From assembly GCA_963701965.1 (NCBI GenBank), contig OY969695.1, positions 544,001 through 608,000 of the forward strand: a stretch of DNA of 64,000 nucleotides. The letters run 5' to 3'. The position numbers and the translations under genes are program-made. Below the pieces are notes generated by a model that ran no database searches, had not been told where the DNA came from, and worked only from the letters and a program-made list of their open reading frames with translations. The DNA comes from an uncultured Gemmatimonadales bacterium. Its GTDB lineage: Bacteria; Gemmatimonadota; Gemmatimonadetes; Gemmatimonadales; Gemmatimonadaceae. This document shows positions 9,989-18,278 of this stretch, piece by piece. The stretch's first letter is position 1; the number at the start of each line of letters is the position of its first letter.

Positions 9989-11145
9989 GGGCGTAACGTC
10001 ACGCCGACGCTCAAGATGAACCCGCTCTGCGAGACGCCGGCGGCCGGGGTGAGCGACTGATGCATGAGCGACACATCGATGTTCGAGCGATTGCCGAGCA
10101 GCGGGATGCCGAGACCCCCGCTCAAGTCCGTCTCCCGGATCACCGTCGCGTCGAGGACGTAGGGCAGCGGGCGGTTCCCGCCGCCGAGACGGATCGTCAC
10201 ATTGCGTTGCGCGCCCAACCGCGGCCCGACGAGATCCACGCCTACGCTCCAGCCCGTGCCGCTCTGCGCCACGAGATTGGTCTGTCCGATCTCGTTCAAG
10301 CGCGACCATCCCTCCCAATCGACGCGCCCCGAGACCAGGAGTCCCGTCACGGGGTTCAGGAGAATCGCGCCGCCCACGCGGTCCGGGACCCGACCGCGCG
10401 CCACCTCGGCCGAATCGCCCTCGCGCACGCCGATTTCGCCGCCATTCCGGAAGGAGCCGGCCAGACCCAGCCAGTGCGTGGGGCGCACGGTGATGCCGCC
10501 CGAATACCCAATACCACTGTAACTCAGAGAATTCTTGAATTGGGACTGCGTGGTCTGATTGAGCACGGTATCATCGAGCACGACGGTCTGCACCAGCCGG
10601 TTTTCGCCGGTAAAGAGGTCGAGTCCGGCGCCCACGGCCAGCCAGGAGCCGAACGCCCAGGCGCCGGCCAGACGGATGTCATTGATGGCGCCGGTCGACT
10701 GGACCGTCTCCGTCGCCGTGGTTGGCCTCGTCGGATCGGTGAAGTTGGCGACCGTGCTCGTCTGCGACACCTGGAACGTGCGATCAAGGAGCGTCGACCA
10801 GGACAGCGCCACCGCCCCGTGTCCCAAAATCGGACCGCTCAACAAAGCCAGCGGAAAACGCGAAATCGTCGAATTCTCGTGCGTCTTCCCCACCGTCACG
10901 GACTGGAACTCGGGATCGTACTGGAAATGCAGCTGGAGCGCGCGGTCCGAGGCCAGCGCGGCGGGGTTGATCGGGGACTGGGCATCGAACTCGCCAAACG
11001 CGCCCGCCGACCCGATCGACCGCGTGCTCAACTGGCCGGGCGGATACCCGAACCCTTGCGTGCTGAGATTGCCCTGCGCCGCGAGCGGAGCGGCGGCAAC
11101 GACGACGAGGGCAGCGGTCACACGCAGCATCGCGAAGAGTCTCAT
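9985..11145 (-). CDS. Putative outer-membrane beta-barrel protein (FadL/OmpP1-like)
   Basis: Signal peptide ending AAQ; STRSIGSAG...INPAAL plug-like motif; alternating hydrophobic strands; start revised to ATG 11145. Confidence 0.65.
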   Translation of the reverse strand: MRLFAMLRVTAALVVVAAAPLAAQGNLSTQGFGYPPGQLSTRSIGSAGAFGEFDAQSPINPAALASDRALQLHFQYDPEFQSVTVGKTHENSTISRFPLALLSGPILGHGAVALSWSTLLDRTFQVSQTSTVANFTDPTRPTTATETVQSTGAINDIRLAGAWAFGSWLAVGAGLDLFTGENRLVQTVVLDDTVLNQTTQSQFKNSLSYSGIGYSGGITVRPTHWLGLAGSFRNGGEIGVREGDSAEVARGRVPDRVGGAILLNPVTGLLVSGRVDWEGWSRLNEIGQTNLVAQSGTGWSVGVDLVGPRLGAQRNVTIRLGGGNRPLPYVLDATVIRETDLSGGLGIPLLGNRSNIDVSLMHQSLTPAAGVSQSGFILSVGVTLRP

Positions 11146-12485
11146 GGGAGGGCGAACTTCGTGCGTCGGACGAACTGCAGGCGGACGTGCGGCCGCTTCG
11201 AGGTGTCCGCCGCGGACGACGACCAGTAGCTCGTTTCCAACGTCGTCGCCCCCTCGCTCAGGATCCGCAGCACCAGCGCGCGCGTATTGAGCGTGTCCGA
11301 CACGTTCTGCCATTGCTTGGCGGCGTTGACGAAATCGAACGCCGCGACCTTGGCCGCGCTCGTCGGCACGTCCTTGACCGAGTCGAGTCCGTAGAGCGAG
11401 CTACTGACGGCGAAGTTCGCGGCGGCCGCGGGATCCATGACTTTGGACGACGACACGACCGGCTGGGGATAGATCACGGCCGTGTCCCCCGGCAGCTGCG
11501 GCGGCAGAGGGCGCGGCGTCAGCAGGAGCGTGGCCCGCACGATGTTGGCCGAATCGACGATGCGGGAGGGCAGCCGGAACTGCAGATACACCCGCCGGGC
11601 CGGCGCGCCACCGATGTTGAGTGCATCGGTGGAGTCGGTGATGGCCCCTTGCACGAAGAGCGGATAGTGAATGAGGCGCGCCAGAAGCCCGGAGTCGGCG
11701 ACTGGGGTCGCGGAGCGCGGCGTCACCGACACCCGCCCGAACGTCGTGTCCTTGGTACTGCTGTCGCTCGTGAAGAACCGCACGAAGGGCAGCGTCACCG
11801 CGTAATTGATGGTCAGGCGAACGCCGTCCGTGGGACTGGAGGCGACGACGGCCTGAAATCCCAAGCGCAGATTGCGACGGCTCGACTTGAGCACCTGGTG
11901 CACGATGCCGGTGTCCAAGGGGACCAGCATCGTGTCTAGGGTCCGTGCGCCCGCGGTGTCGCCGAGCAACGACGCCGCGATGGGACGCGAGGAACCAATG
12001 AGCCGATCGTTGCGGAACAGGGGCGTCAGCGAGGAGACGACGGTATCGGTGCCCGCCGAGTCGATACTGAAGATGCGGAGCTGCACCAGATCGGCGCCGC
12101 GGGTGGCCCGCACGCTGGGAGCATCGATCAGGAACCACACCGCCGCATTCCGGACGGTGTCGACCGTGAACGACGAATCATTCCCGGAGGGCGCCTTACG
12201 TGAGTAGAAATTCTGGACGGAATCGAACCGAATGACCCCGCGCACGTCCGCACGCCCGGGGATATTCGCGACCAGCAGGGTCAATTCCTCGCCCAGCAGC
12301 GGATAGCTGGCGACGGTCGTATCGAGCAACACATTGTCGCGGTCGACACGGAACGTCGTATCAGTCACCTGCAGATCCTGCCCCGGACAGAGCGCCGGGC
12401 AGGCGGCCCCTCCGTTGAGGTGCTCGCTGCAGGCACCGGCCACCGCCGCTACGGCGACGATGCATATGATCGCGATATGCTTCAT
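11142..12485 (-). CDS. Hypothetical lipoprotein (beta-rich)
   Basis: MKHIAIICIVAVAAVAGAC lipobox; stop overlaps the barrel gene start. Confidence 0.75.
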   Translation of the reverse strand: MKHIAIICIVAVAAVAGACSEHLNGGAACPALCPGQDLQVTDTTFRVDRDNVLLDTTVASYPLLGEELTLLVANIPGRADVRGVIRFDSVQNFYSRKAPSGNDSSFTVDTVRNAAVWFLIDAPSVRATRGADLVQLRIFSIDSAGTDTVVSSLTPLFRNDRLIGSSRPIAASLLGDTAGARTLDTMLVPLDTGIVHQVLKSSRRNLRLGFQAVVASSPTDGVRLTINYAVTLPFVRFFTSDSSTKDTTFGRVSVTPRSATPVADSGLLARLIHYPLFVQGAITDSTDALNIGGAPARRVYLQFRLPSRIVDSANIVRATLLLTPRPLPPQLPGDTAVIYPQPVVSSSKVMDPAAAANFAVSSSLYGLDSVKDVPTSAAKVAAFDFVNAAKQWQNVSDTLNTRALVLRILSEGATTLETSYWSSSAADTSKRPHVRLQFVRRTKFALP

Positions 12486-12491
12486 GTCTGA

Positions 12492-12899
12492 CTATGTCGG
12501 CCCATTCATTGACGACGGCAAGAATGCGTTGGGGATGAGGTCGGTCAAGCGCCAGCGGAGCTCGAGCCCGCCCGCGATGCTGATAATCTCGGCCCTGGGC
12601 GCCAGTTCAACCAGCACCTGCCGGCACGCCCCACACGGCGGAGTGGGCGTCTCGGCGCTGGACACGATAGCCAACAGCACGAAATCACGCAGCCCCGCGC
12701 TGACAGCGGCCATGACCGCGCCGCGTTCGGCGCACAGCGTAGAACCGTAAGCGGCATTCTCGACGTTGCATCCGACAGCAATCGCCCCATGGGCATCGCA
12801 AAGCGCTGCCCCGACACGAAAATGGGAATAGGGTGCGTAGGCCCGCTCTCTGGCCTGTCGCGCGGCCGCGATGACGCGTTGTTCCAACTCAGGCGTCAC
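12492..12899 (-). CDS. cdd: Cytidine deaminase
   Basis: AYAPYSHFRVGAAL, GCNVENAAYG, CAER, PCGACRQ; start revised to GTG 12899. Confidence 0.95.
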   Translation of the reverse strand: MTPELEQRVIAAARQARERAYAPYSHFRVGAALCDAHGAIAVGCNVENAAYGSTLCAERGAVMAAVSAGLRDFVLLAIVSSAETPTPPCGACRQVLVELAPRAEIISIAGGLELRWRLTDLIPNAFLPSSMNGPT

Positions 12900-13971
12900 C
12901 ACTACCCCACCCGGAGCCCGATGTGCCGACGTAGACGCGAGGCGCGCGGAGCTGGAGCCCGACCAGGAGCTCATACGGCGAGATCCCTCCGGCGGCAGCC
13001 ACGGTCACGGCGTCCAGCGCGCGGTCATCCGCCCGTCCCAGCAATGTCGCGGTATCGCCGACGCGGCAGGGACGCCCCGTGACATCGATCATCGTCATGT
13101 CCATGGTGACCGTCCCCACGACGGGAGCCAGGTGACCGTTGAGGATGACGTGTCCCCGGTTGCCGAAGGACCGACAATACCCGTCGCCGTAGCCAATGGC
13201 GAGCGTGGCGATGTGGCGCCGGTCCGGGGCGCGCCAGGTGGCGCCATAGCCGACCGACTCACCGGCCGCCACATCGCGAACTTCGACGACCGCGGCGCGG
13301 ACGCTCGCTACGGGCTCGGGCCGCGCCGGAGTCGTCCCAACTCCGTAGAGAAACACACCAGGGCGCACCAGGTCCCAAGCTGACGGTCCAGCCAACCGCT
13401 CGATCGCCGCACTGTTCTCCGTGTGGACCAGCGGCGGTCGCGCGGGCAAAGCCCCGAGGGCTGCCGTGAACCGCGCGAGCTGCGTCTCGCGCGACCCATC
13501 GTCCAGGTCGGCCGAGTGAAAGTGGGTAAACGCTCCCTCGGGCGGTGACGCGAGGAGCGCGTCGCGGAGCGCGCCAACGGCCTCCCACGGCACGCCAGCG
13601 CGATGCATCCCGGTATCGATCGCGAGATGCCATGGCCTACCGGTCGCCGCCCACGCGGCGATGACCGCCGGATCGCCGAGCGCCGGACGGAGATCGGCTT
13701 GGGCGGTCGCATAGAGCTCCGACAGCAGGGGCGGCGTGAAGACGACCACCGGACGCCTGATGCCGGCGGCGCGCAGGGCCGACCCCTCGGCCACGGTCGC
13801 CACACCAAAACCCCACGGATCGAGCGCCTCCAACGCGCGGGTGACGGGCACCAGGCCAAGCCCGTAGGCATCGGCTTTCACCATCGGCAAAAGCGGCACC
13901 CGGGCCCGCGCGGCGACCGTGCGGGCGTTGCGGGCGAGGGCGCCCAGATCGACTTCGATCCAGGCGCGCAT
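12889..13971 (-). CDS. alr: Alanine racemase
   Basis: VKADAYG PLP-lysine motif, IDTGMHR, VRPG, VGYG, GYGDG, TMDM. Confidence 0.95.
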   Translation of the reverse strand: MRAWIEVDLGALARNARTVAARARVPLLPMVKADAYGLGLVPVTRALEALDPWGFGVATVAEGSALRAAGIRRPVVVFTPPLLSELYATAQADLRPALGDPAVIAAWAATGRPWHLAIDTGMHRAGVPWEAVGALRDALLASPPEGAFTHFHSADLDDGSRETQLARFTAALGALPARPPLVHTENSAAIERLAGPSAWDLVRPGVFLYGVGTTPARPEPVASVRAAVVEVRDVAAGESVGYGATWRAPDRRHIATLAIGYGDGYCRSFGNRGHVILNGHLAPVVGTVTMDMTMIDVTGRPCRVGDTATLLGRADDRALDAVTVAAAGGISPYELLVGLQLRAPRVYVGTSGSGWGSGDA

Positions 13972-13984
13972 TAGGATTCACCAA

Positions 13985-14740
13985 ATGACACAAAGTAAAG
14001 CATCACTTGAAGATACGCTTGCTCTGATGCGCGATCTGCGCGTGCGCTGCGACTGGGATGCCGCGCAGACCCACCACTCGCTGCGCCCATATCTGATCGA
14101 GGAATCCCACGAGGTCGACGACGCCCTCCGGCGCGAGGACGACCGGGCGCTCGAGGAGGAGTTGGGGGATCTCCTGCTCCAGATCCTCTTTCACTCGGTG
14201 ATGGCCGAGGAGCGCGGGGCGTTCGACTTCCATGACGTGGCCGGTGGCCTCGTCGCGAAGATGCGGGCGCGCCATCCCCATCTGTATGCCGGCGGCGCCA
14301 AAGAGCCGTGGGAAAAGATGAAAGCGAAGAAGCGGGCGTCGCTGGGCGAGGGCTTGCCGTCGTCGCTGCCGGCGCTGCATCGCGCCCACCGGCTGCAGGA
14401 CCGCGCCGCGGGCGTCGGATTCGATTGGCCGGACGCCAGTGGACCGGCGGCCAAGGTCACCGAAGAGTTGGACGAGGTGCGCGCGGAGCTGGCGGCGCCG
14501 GGACCGCACGCGCACGAGCGGCTCGAGGATGAGTTGGGAGACCTGCTGTTCGCTTGCGTCAATCTGTGCCGCAAGGCCGGCGTTCACGCGTCTCTCGCTC
14601 TCGACCGCGCCAACGCGAAGTTCGAGCGGCGATTCCAGGACGCCGAGCGACTGGCCGCGGAACGCGGCAGGCGATTGGCCGACGCGTCGCCGGCGGAGCT
14701 GGATGCGCTGTGGGAGGAGGTCAAGCGGGTCACGGCGTGA
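13985..14740 (+). CDS. mazG: Nucleoside triphosphate pyrophosphohydrolase MazG
   Basis: CDWDAAQT, EESHE, EELGDLL, RHPH, GFDW, DELGDLLF, ANAKFERRF; start ATG 13985. Confidence 0.94.
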   Translation: MTQSKASLEDTLALMRDLRVRCDWDAAQTHHSLRPYLIEESHEVDDALRREDDRALEEELGDLLLQILFHSVMAEERGAFDFHDVAGGLVAKMRARHPHLYAGGAKEPWEKMKAKKRASLGEGLPSSLPALHRAHRLQDRAAGVGFDWPDASGPAAKVTEELDEVRAELAAPGPHAHERLEDELGDLLFACVNLCRKAGVHASLALDRANAKFERRFQDAERLAAERGRRLADASPAELDALWEEVKRVTA

Positions 14741-16031
14741 GCCGTTGCATCATCCGCGCGAAAGGAATCGTCTCGCGGACGTGCGGCAGGCCGCAGATCC
14801 AGGCCACCGTGCGCTCCAGCCCGAGCCCGAAGCCCGCGTGGGGGAACGTCCCGTACCGCCGGAGATCGAGGTACCACCCATAGGCATCGATCGGTAGGCC
14901 TTCCTCCCGGATCCGGCCCGCCAGCTTCTCGTAGTCGTCTTCGCGCTGCGAACCCCCGATGATCTCCCCATACCCTTCGGGCGCCAGACAATCGTCGCAC
15001 AGCACGGTGCGCGGATCGTCCGGATTTTCCTTCATGTAGAAGGCTTTCGCCTCTTTCGGGTAGTTGTAGATGAAGACCGGCCGGTCGTAGCCCTCGACCA
15101 ACAGCGACTCGTCTTCAGCGCCCAAGTCATCGCCCCATCGCACCGTGCTGCCCTTGCGGTGCAGGATGTCGACGGCTTCGGTGTAGCTGATACGGGGGAA
15201 CGGCGCGGTCACGTTGGCGAGGAGACTGGTGTCCCGCTCCAGCTCCGCGAGGTGCGTGGCGCACCGATCGAGACAGCGGGCAACGACGGACGACAGCAGA
15301 TCTTCCTGGAGCGTCATGTTGTCGTTCGAGTCGTTGAACGCGACCTCGGGCTCGATCATCCAGAACTCGGCGAGATGCCGCCGCGTCTTGGACTTCTCGG
15401 CCCGGAAGGTTGGGCCGAACGTGTAGATGCGCCCCAGTGCCGCCGCCGCTGCCTCGCCGTACAACTGGCCGGTCTGGGCCAGGTAGGCATTGCCCAGATC
15501 GAAATACTCGGTGGAGAAAAGCCCGCTGCGCTCCCCGATGGCCGCCGTCAAGATCGGCGTATCGACGCGCACGAAGTCCCGCGCATAGAAGAAATCGTGG
15601 ATCGCCTGCTCGATCTCGCTCCGAATGCGAAGGATCGCCGCCTGGCGCGGACTCCGGAGCCAGAGGTGCCGGTGGTCCAACAGGAAATCGACGCCGTGCT
15701 CCTTGGGCTGGATCGGATAGTCGATGGGGCTCTCTCCGATGATACGGAGATCGGCCACGGTCAACTCATACCCCCCGGGCGCCCGGGGCTCGGCGCGGAC
15801 CGATCCCTCGACGACGAGGCTCGTCTCCAGCGTCAGCCCGGCGAATCGCTCCCAAACGGCCGCATCGACCTGGGGTTTGGCGATGACCGCCTGCACGACA
15901 CCCGTGCCATCGCGCATGACGACAAAAGCGACCTTCCCCGACGAACGAACATGTGTCGTCCATCCCCGCACGGTGACGGTGGAACCGACGTGGTCTCGAA
16001 GCTCCGAGATGCGGACCAAAACAGTTGCCAT
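14730..16031 (-). CDS. asnS: Asparagine--tRNA ligase
   Basis: OB-fold N-terminus, HRHLWLR, FRAEKSKTRRHLAEFWM, GEIIGGSQRE, GFGLGLER; start revised to ATG 16031. Confidence 0.96.
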   Translation of the reverse strand: MATVLVRISELRDHVGSTVTVRGWTTHVRSSGKVAFVVMRDGTGVVQAVIAKPQVDAAVWERFAGLTLETSLVVEGSVRAEPRAPGGYELTVADLRIIGESPIDYPIQPKEHGVDFLLDHRHLWLRSPRQAAILRIRSEIEQAIHDFFYARDFVRVDTPILTAAIGERSGLFSTEYFDLGNAYLAQTGQLYGEAAAAALGRIYTFGPTFRAEKSKTRRHLAEFWMIEPEVAFNDSNDNMTLQEDLLSSVVARCLDRCATHLAELERDTSLLANVTAPFPRISYTEAVDILHRKGSTVRWGDDLGAEDESLLVEGYDRPVFIYNYPKEAKAFYMKENPDDPRTVLCDDCLAPEGYGEIIGGSQREDDYEKLAGRIREEGLPIDAYGWYLDLRRYGTFPHAGFGLGLERTVAWICGLPHVRETIPFARMMQRLTP

Positions 16032-16110
16032 TGTTGGAGTTGACAAACGACAAGTTGCGGCGCGCAAACTACGCCTCACGCCAGCGGGTTGCAACGGTTA
16101 AGCTTCGGGC

Positions 16111-17649
16111 ATGACGCTCCGCGCCCGGCTCCTCTTGGGCATTCTAGCGATTGCGTTCGTTCTCGTCATCCCGCTCATCGTCGCGCTGCGCTCGCTGGAA
16201 GGACTGCACGAGCACGCTGCGCAAATGCGCGATTACGAGTTCGCCGCATCCCTGCTCCTGGGGCGCATTCGCGTCAACACCGATGATCTCCGCCGCGCCG
16301 AAGATGCGCTGTTGTTCGTGCACGATGCGGCGAGCCGCGATCGCATGTCCCACGAAGTGGCCTCGCTCCGATCGCGCGCCGATTCGCTGGAACGGTACGC
16401 CTTGGACAGCGCCGCCGAGAATGCGCGCATCGCCGTCGCCGAGGTGACACACCTCGCGCCCGAAGAGTACCGCGCCGCGCTCGCCGGCCACACGAAACTG
16501 GCCGACAGTCTCTCGGCCCACGGCATCCGGCCCGCCATCGCGCGCCTCGAAGCGTCGACGGCCGTCGCCGAGCGCTCCCTCCGCGATCGCACACGCAGCC
16601 GCGTCGAGTCGGCGGCATCGGACGCCGAGCAAGCGCGCCGCGTGGCCATCAGCCTGCTCGGGTTCGCGGCGATCCTCGGCGCGGTCATGGCCCTGTGGCT
16701 CACCCGCTCCGTGAGCGGACCGGTGCGCGACCTGGAGACCGGCATGGAAGCGGTGGCCGGCGGCGAGTTCTCGTATCGTTTGTCGATCGCGCCCAGCCGG
16801 CGCGACGAGTTCGGACGGCTGTCGGCCAGTTTCTACTCCATGTCGAAGCAGCTCGCGGAGCTGGACAAACTCAAGGCCGAGTTCGTGTCCGTCGCATTGC
16901 ACGAGCTCAAGACGCCGGTCAACGTGCTGCTCGGATACCTGCAGCTCTTGCAGGAAGGCGTCTACGGTGACCTCACCGAGCGCCAGCTCGAAGTGTGCCG
17001 CACGTTGGAGGCCCAGTGCTTGGCGCTCGGGCGAATGGTCAAGCAGCTGCTGGACGTGAGCCGGTTCGAGGCCGGCGGCGGGAAGCTGGAAGTGCGGCGG
17101 TTCGCGCTGGGGCCATTCCTGGACGAGCTGGAGACGGCGTTCCAGGTGTTGGCGCTGCAGCGGGGCGTGGAGTTCCAGATCGTGCGCGGTGCGTCGTTGC
17201 CCGACGGCGTGTTGTGGGACCCCGATCGCATCAACGAGGTGCTCGGGAACCTGCTGTCGAACGCGTTCAAGTTCACCCCACGCGGTGGGCGCGTGGAGTT
17301 GGCGCTCGACGCCCAGCGGGAGACGACCCGGGGTGAGATGATCCGTATGATCGTTCGCGATACGGGCGCCGGTATTCCCCCTGACCAACTGCCGCGCATA
17401 TTCGATAAGTTCTATCAGGCCGACAACCAGGGTTCGGCCGACGCGGAGGGTACGGGTTTGGGACTGGCCATCGCCAAGGGCATCGTCGAGGCGCACAGCG
17501 GGACGATCAGCGTCGATAGCACGCCGGGCGTGGGCACGACGTTCACGATCGATCTGCCGATCGCGTTCCCGCTCGCCGCGCGACGCCATCGGATCGAGCC
17601 CACGACGGCCGACGACCCGGAGACCGTGCTCTCGCGCGCGCTGTCGTGA
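16111..17649 (+). CDS. Membrane sensor histidine kinase with periplasmic four-helix and HAMP domains (QseE/GlrK-like)
   Basis: Two TM segments, HAMP (RRDEFGRL), HELKTP, NLLSNAFKF, DTGAGI, GTGLGL. Confidence 0.93.
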   Translation: MTLRARLLLGILAIAFVLVIPLIVALRSLEGLHEHAAQMRDYEFAASLLLGRIRVNTDDLRRAEDALLFVHDAASRDRMSHEVASLRSRADSLERYALDSAAENARIAVAEVTHLAPEEYRAALAGHTKLADSLSAHGIRPAIARLEASTAVAERSLRDRTRSRVESAASDAEQARRVAISLLGFAAILGAVMALWLTRSVSGPVRDLETGMEAVAGGEFSYRLSIAPSRRDEFGRLSASFYSMSKQLAELDKLKAEFVSVALHELKTPVNVLLGYLQLLQEGVYGDLTERQLEVCRTLEAQCLALGRMVKQLLDVSRFEAGGGKLEVRRFALGPFLDELETAFQVLALQRGVEFQIVRGASLPDGVLWDPDRINEVLGNLLSNAFKFTPRGGRVELALDAQRETTRGEMIRMIVRDTGAGIPPDQLPRIFDKFYQADNQGSADAEGTGLGLAIAKGIVEAHSGTISVDSTPGVGTTFTIDLPIAFPLAARRHRIEPTTADDPETVLSRALS

Positions 17650-18278
17650 TCCGATCGTCCGTCGCTGGGCTCTTCCCAGCGGCGCTTGCCCTCGGGGCGG
17701 TCGCCTTCGCCTGCACCGGCCGGTACGGCTACACGAACGCGGACCCCGCCCGCGGCTGGCCGGCCACGCTCGTCGTGGCCGAATCGCTGGCCACGGCCGG
17801 CCAATATGCGTCGGCCGATTCCGTCCTCGCCGCGTTCGGGGCCGACAACGACGGCAATGCGGCCGGCACGGAAAGCCTGTACTGGCGCGCGCTCTTCAAG
17901 CTCGACCCGTCGAATCTGGGCGCCAGTCCGGCGGACGCGCTGCAGGCGCTCGACGCGTATGCGCAGGCGCCGCACAGTGAGCCGCACCTGGCCGAGGTGC
18001 AGGTGCTGCGCCGGACGGCGGTCCTCGTAGGGTCCATCGAACGGCTCGCCGAGCAAGCGGCATCGCAGACCGATTCGGTCAGCGCCGCCGACTCGGCGGC
18101 CAAACGCGCGCGCGCCGCCGGCGATATCCGGGCCAAGTCGAAGGACGAGGAGATCGTGCGCCTCCGGACCGAGCTGGAAAAGGCGCTGGCCGAGCTGGCG
18201 CAAACGAACCAGGAGTTGGACCGCATCAAGAAGCGGCTCGTCGCTCCCAAGTCGGATACCGACCCTACCCCACCCTGA
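17646..18278 (+). CDS. Helical lipoprotein with C-terminal coiled coil (QseG/YfhG-like)
   Basis: Lipobox AVAFAC; C-terminal LRTELEKALAELAQTNQELDRIKKRL; GTGA overlap with the kinase stop. Confidence 0.65.
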   Translation: MIRSSVAGLFPAALALGAVAFACTGRYGYTNADPARGWPATLVVAESLATAGQYASADSVLAAFGADNDGNAAGTESLYWRALFKLDPSNLGASPADALQALDAYAQAPHSEPHLAEVQVLRRTAVLVGSIERLAEQAASQTDSVSAADSAAKRARAAGDIRAKSKDEEIVRLRTELEKALAELAQTNQELDRIKKRLVAPKSDTDPTPP

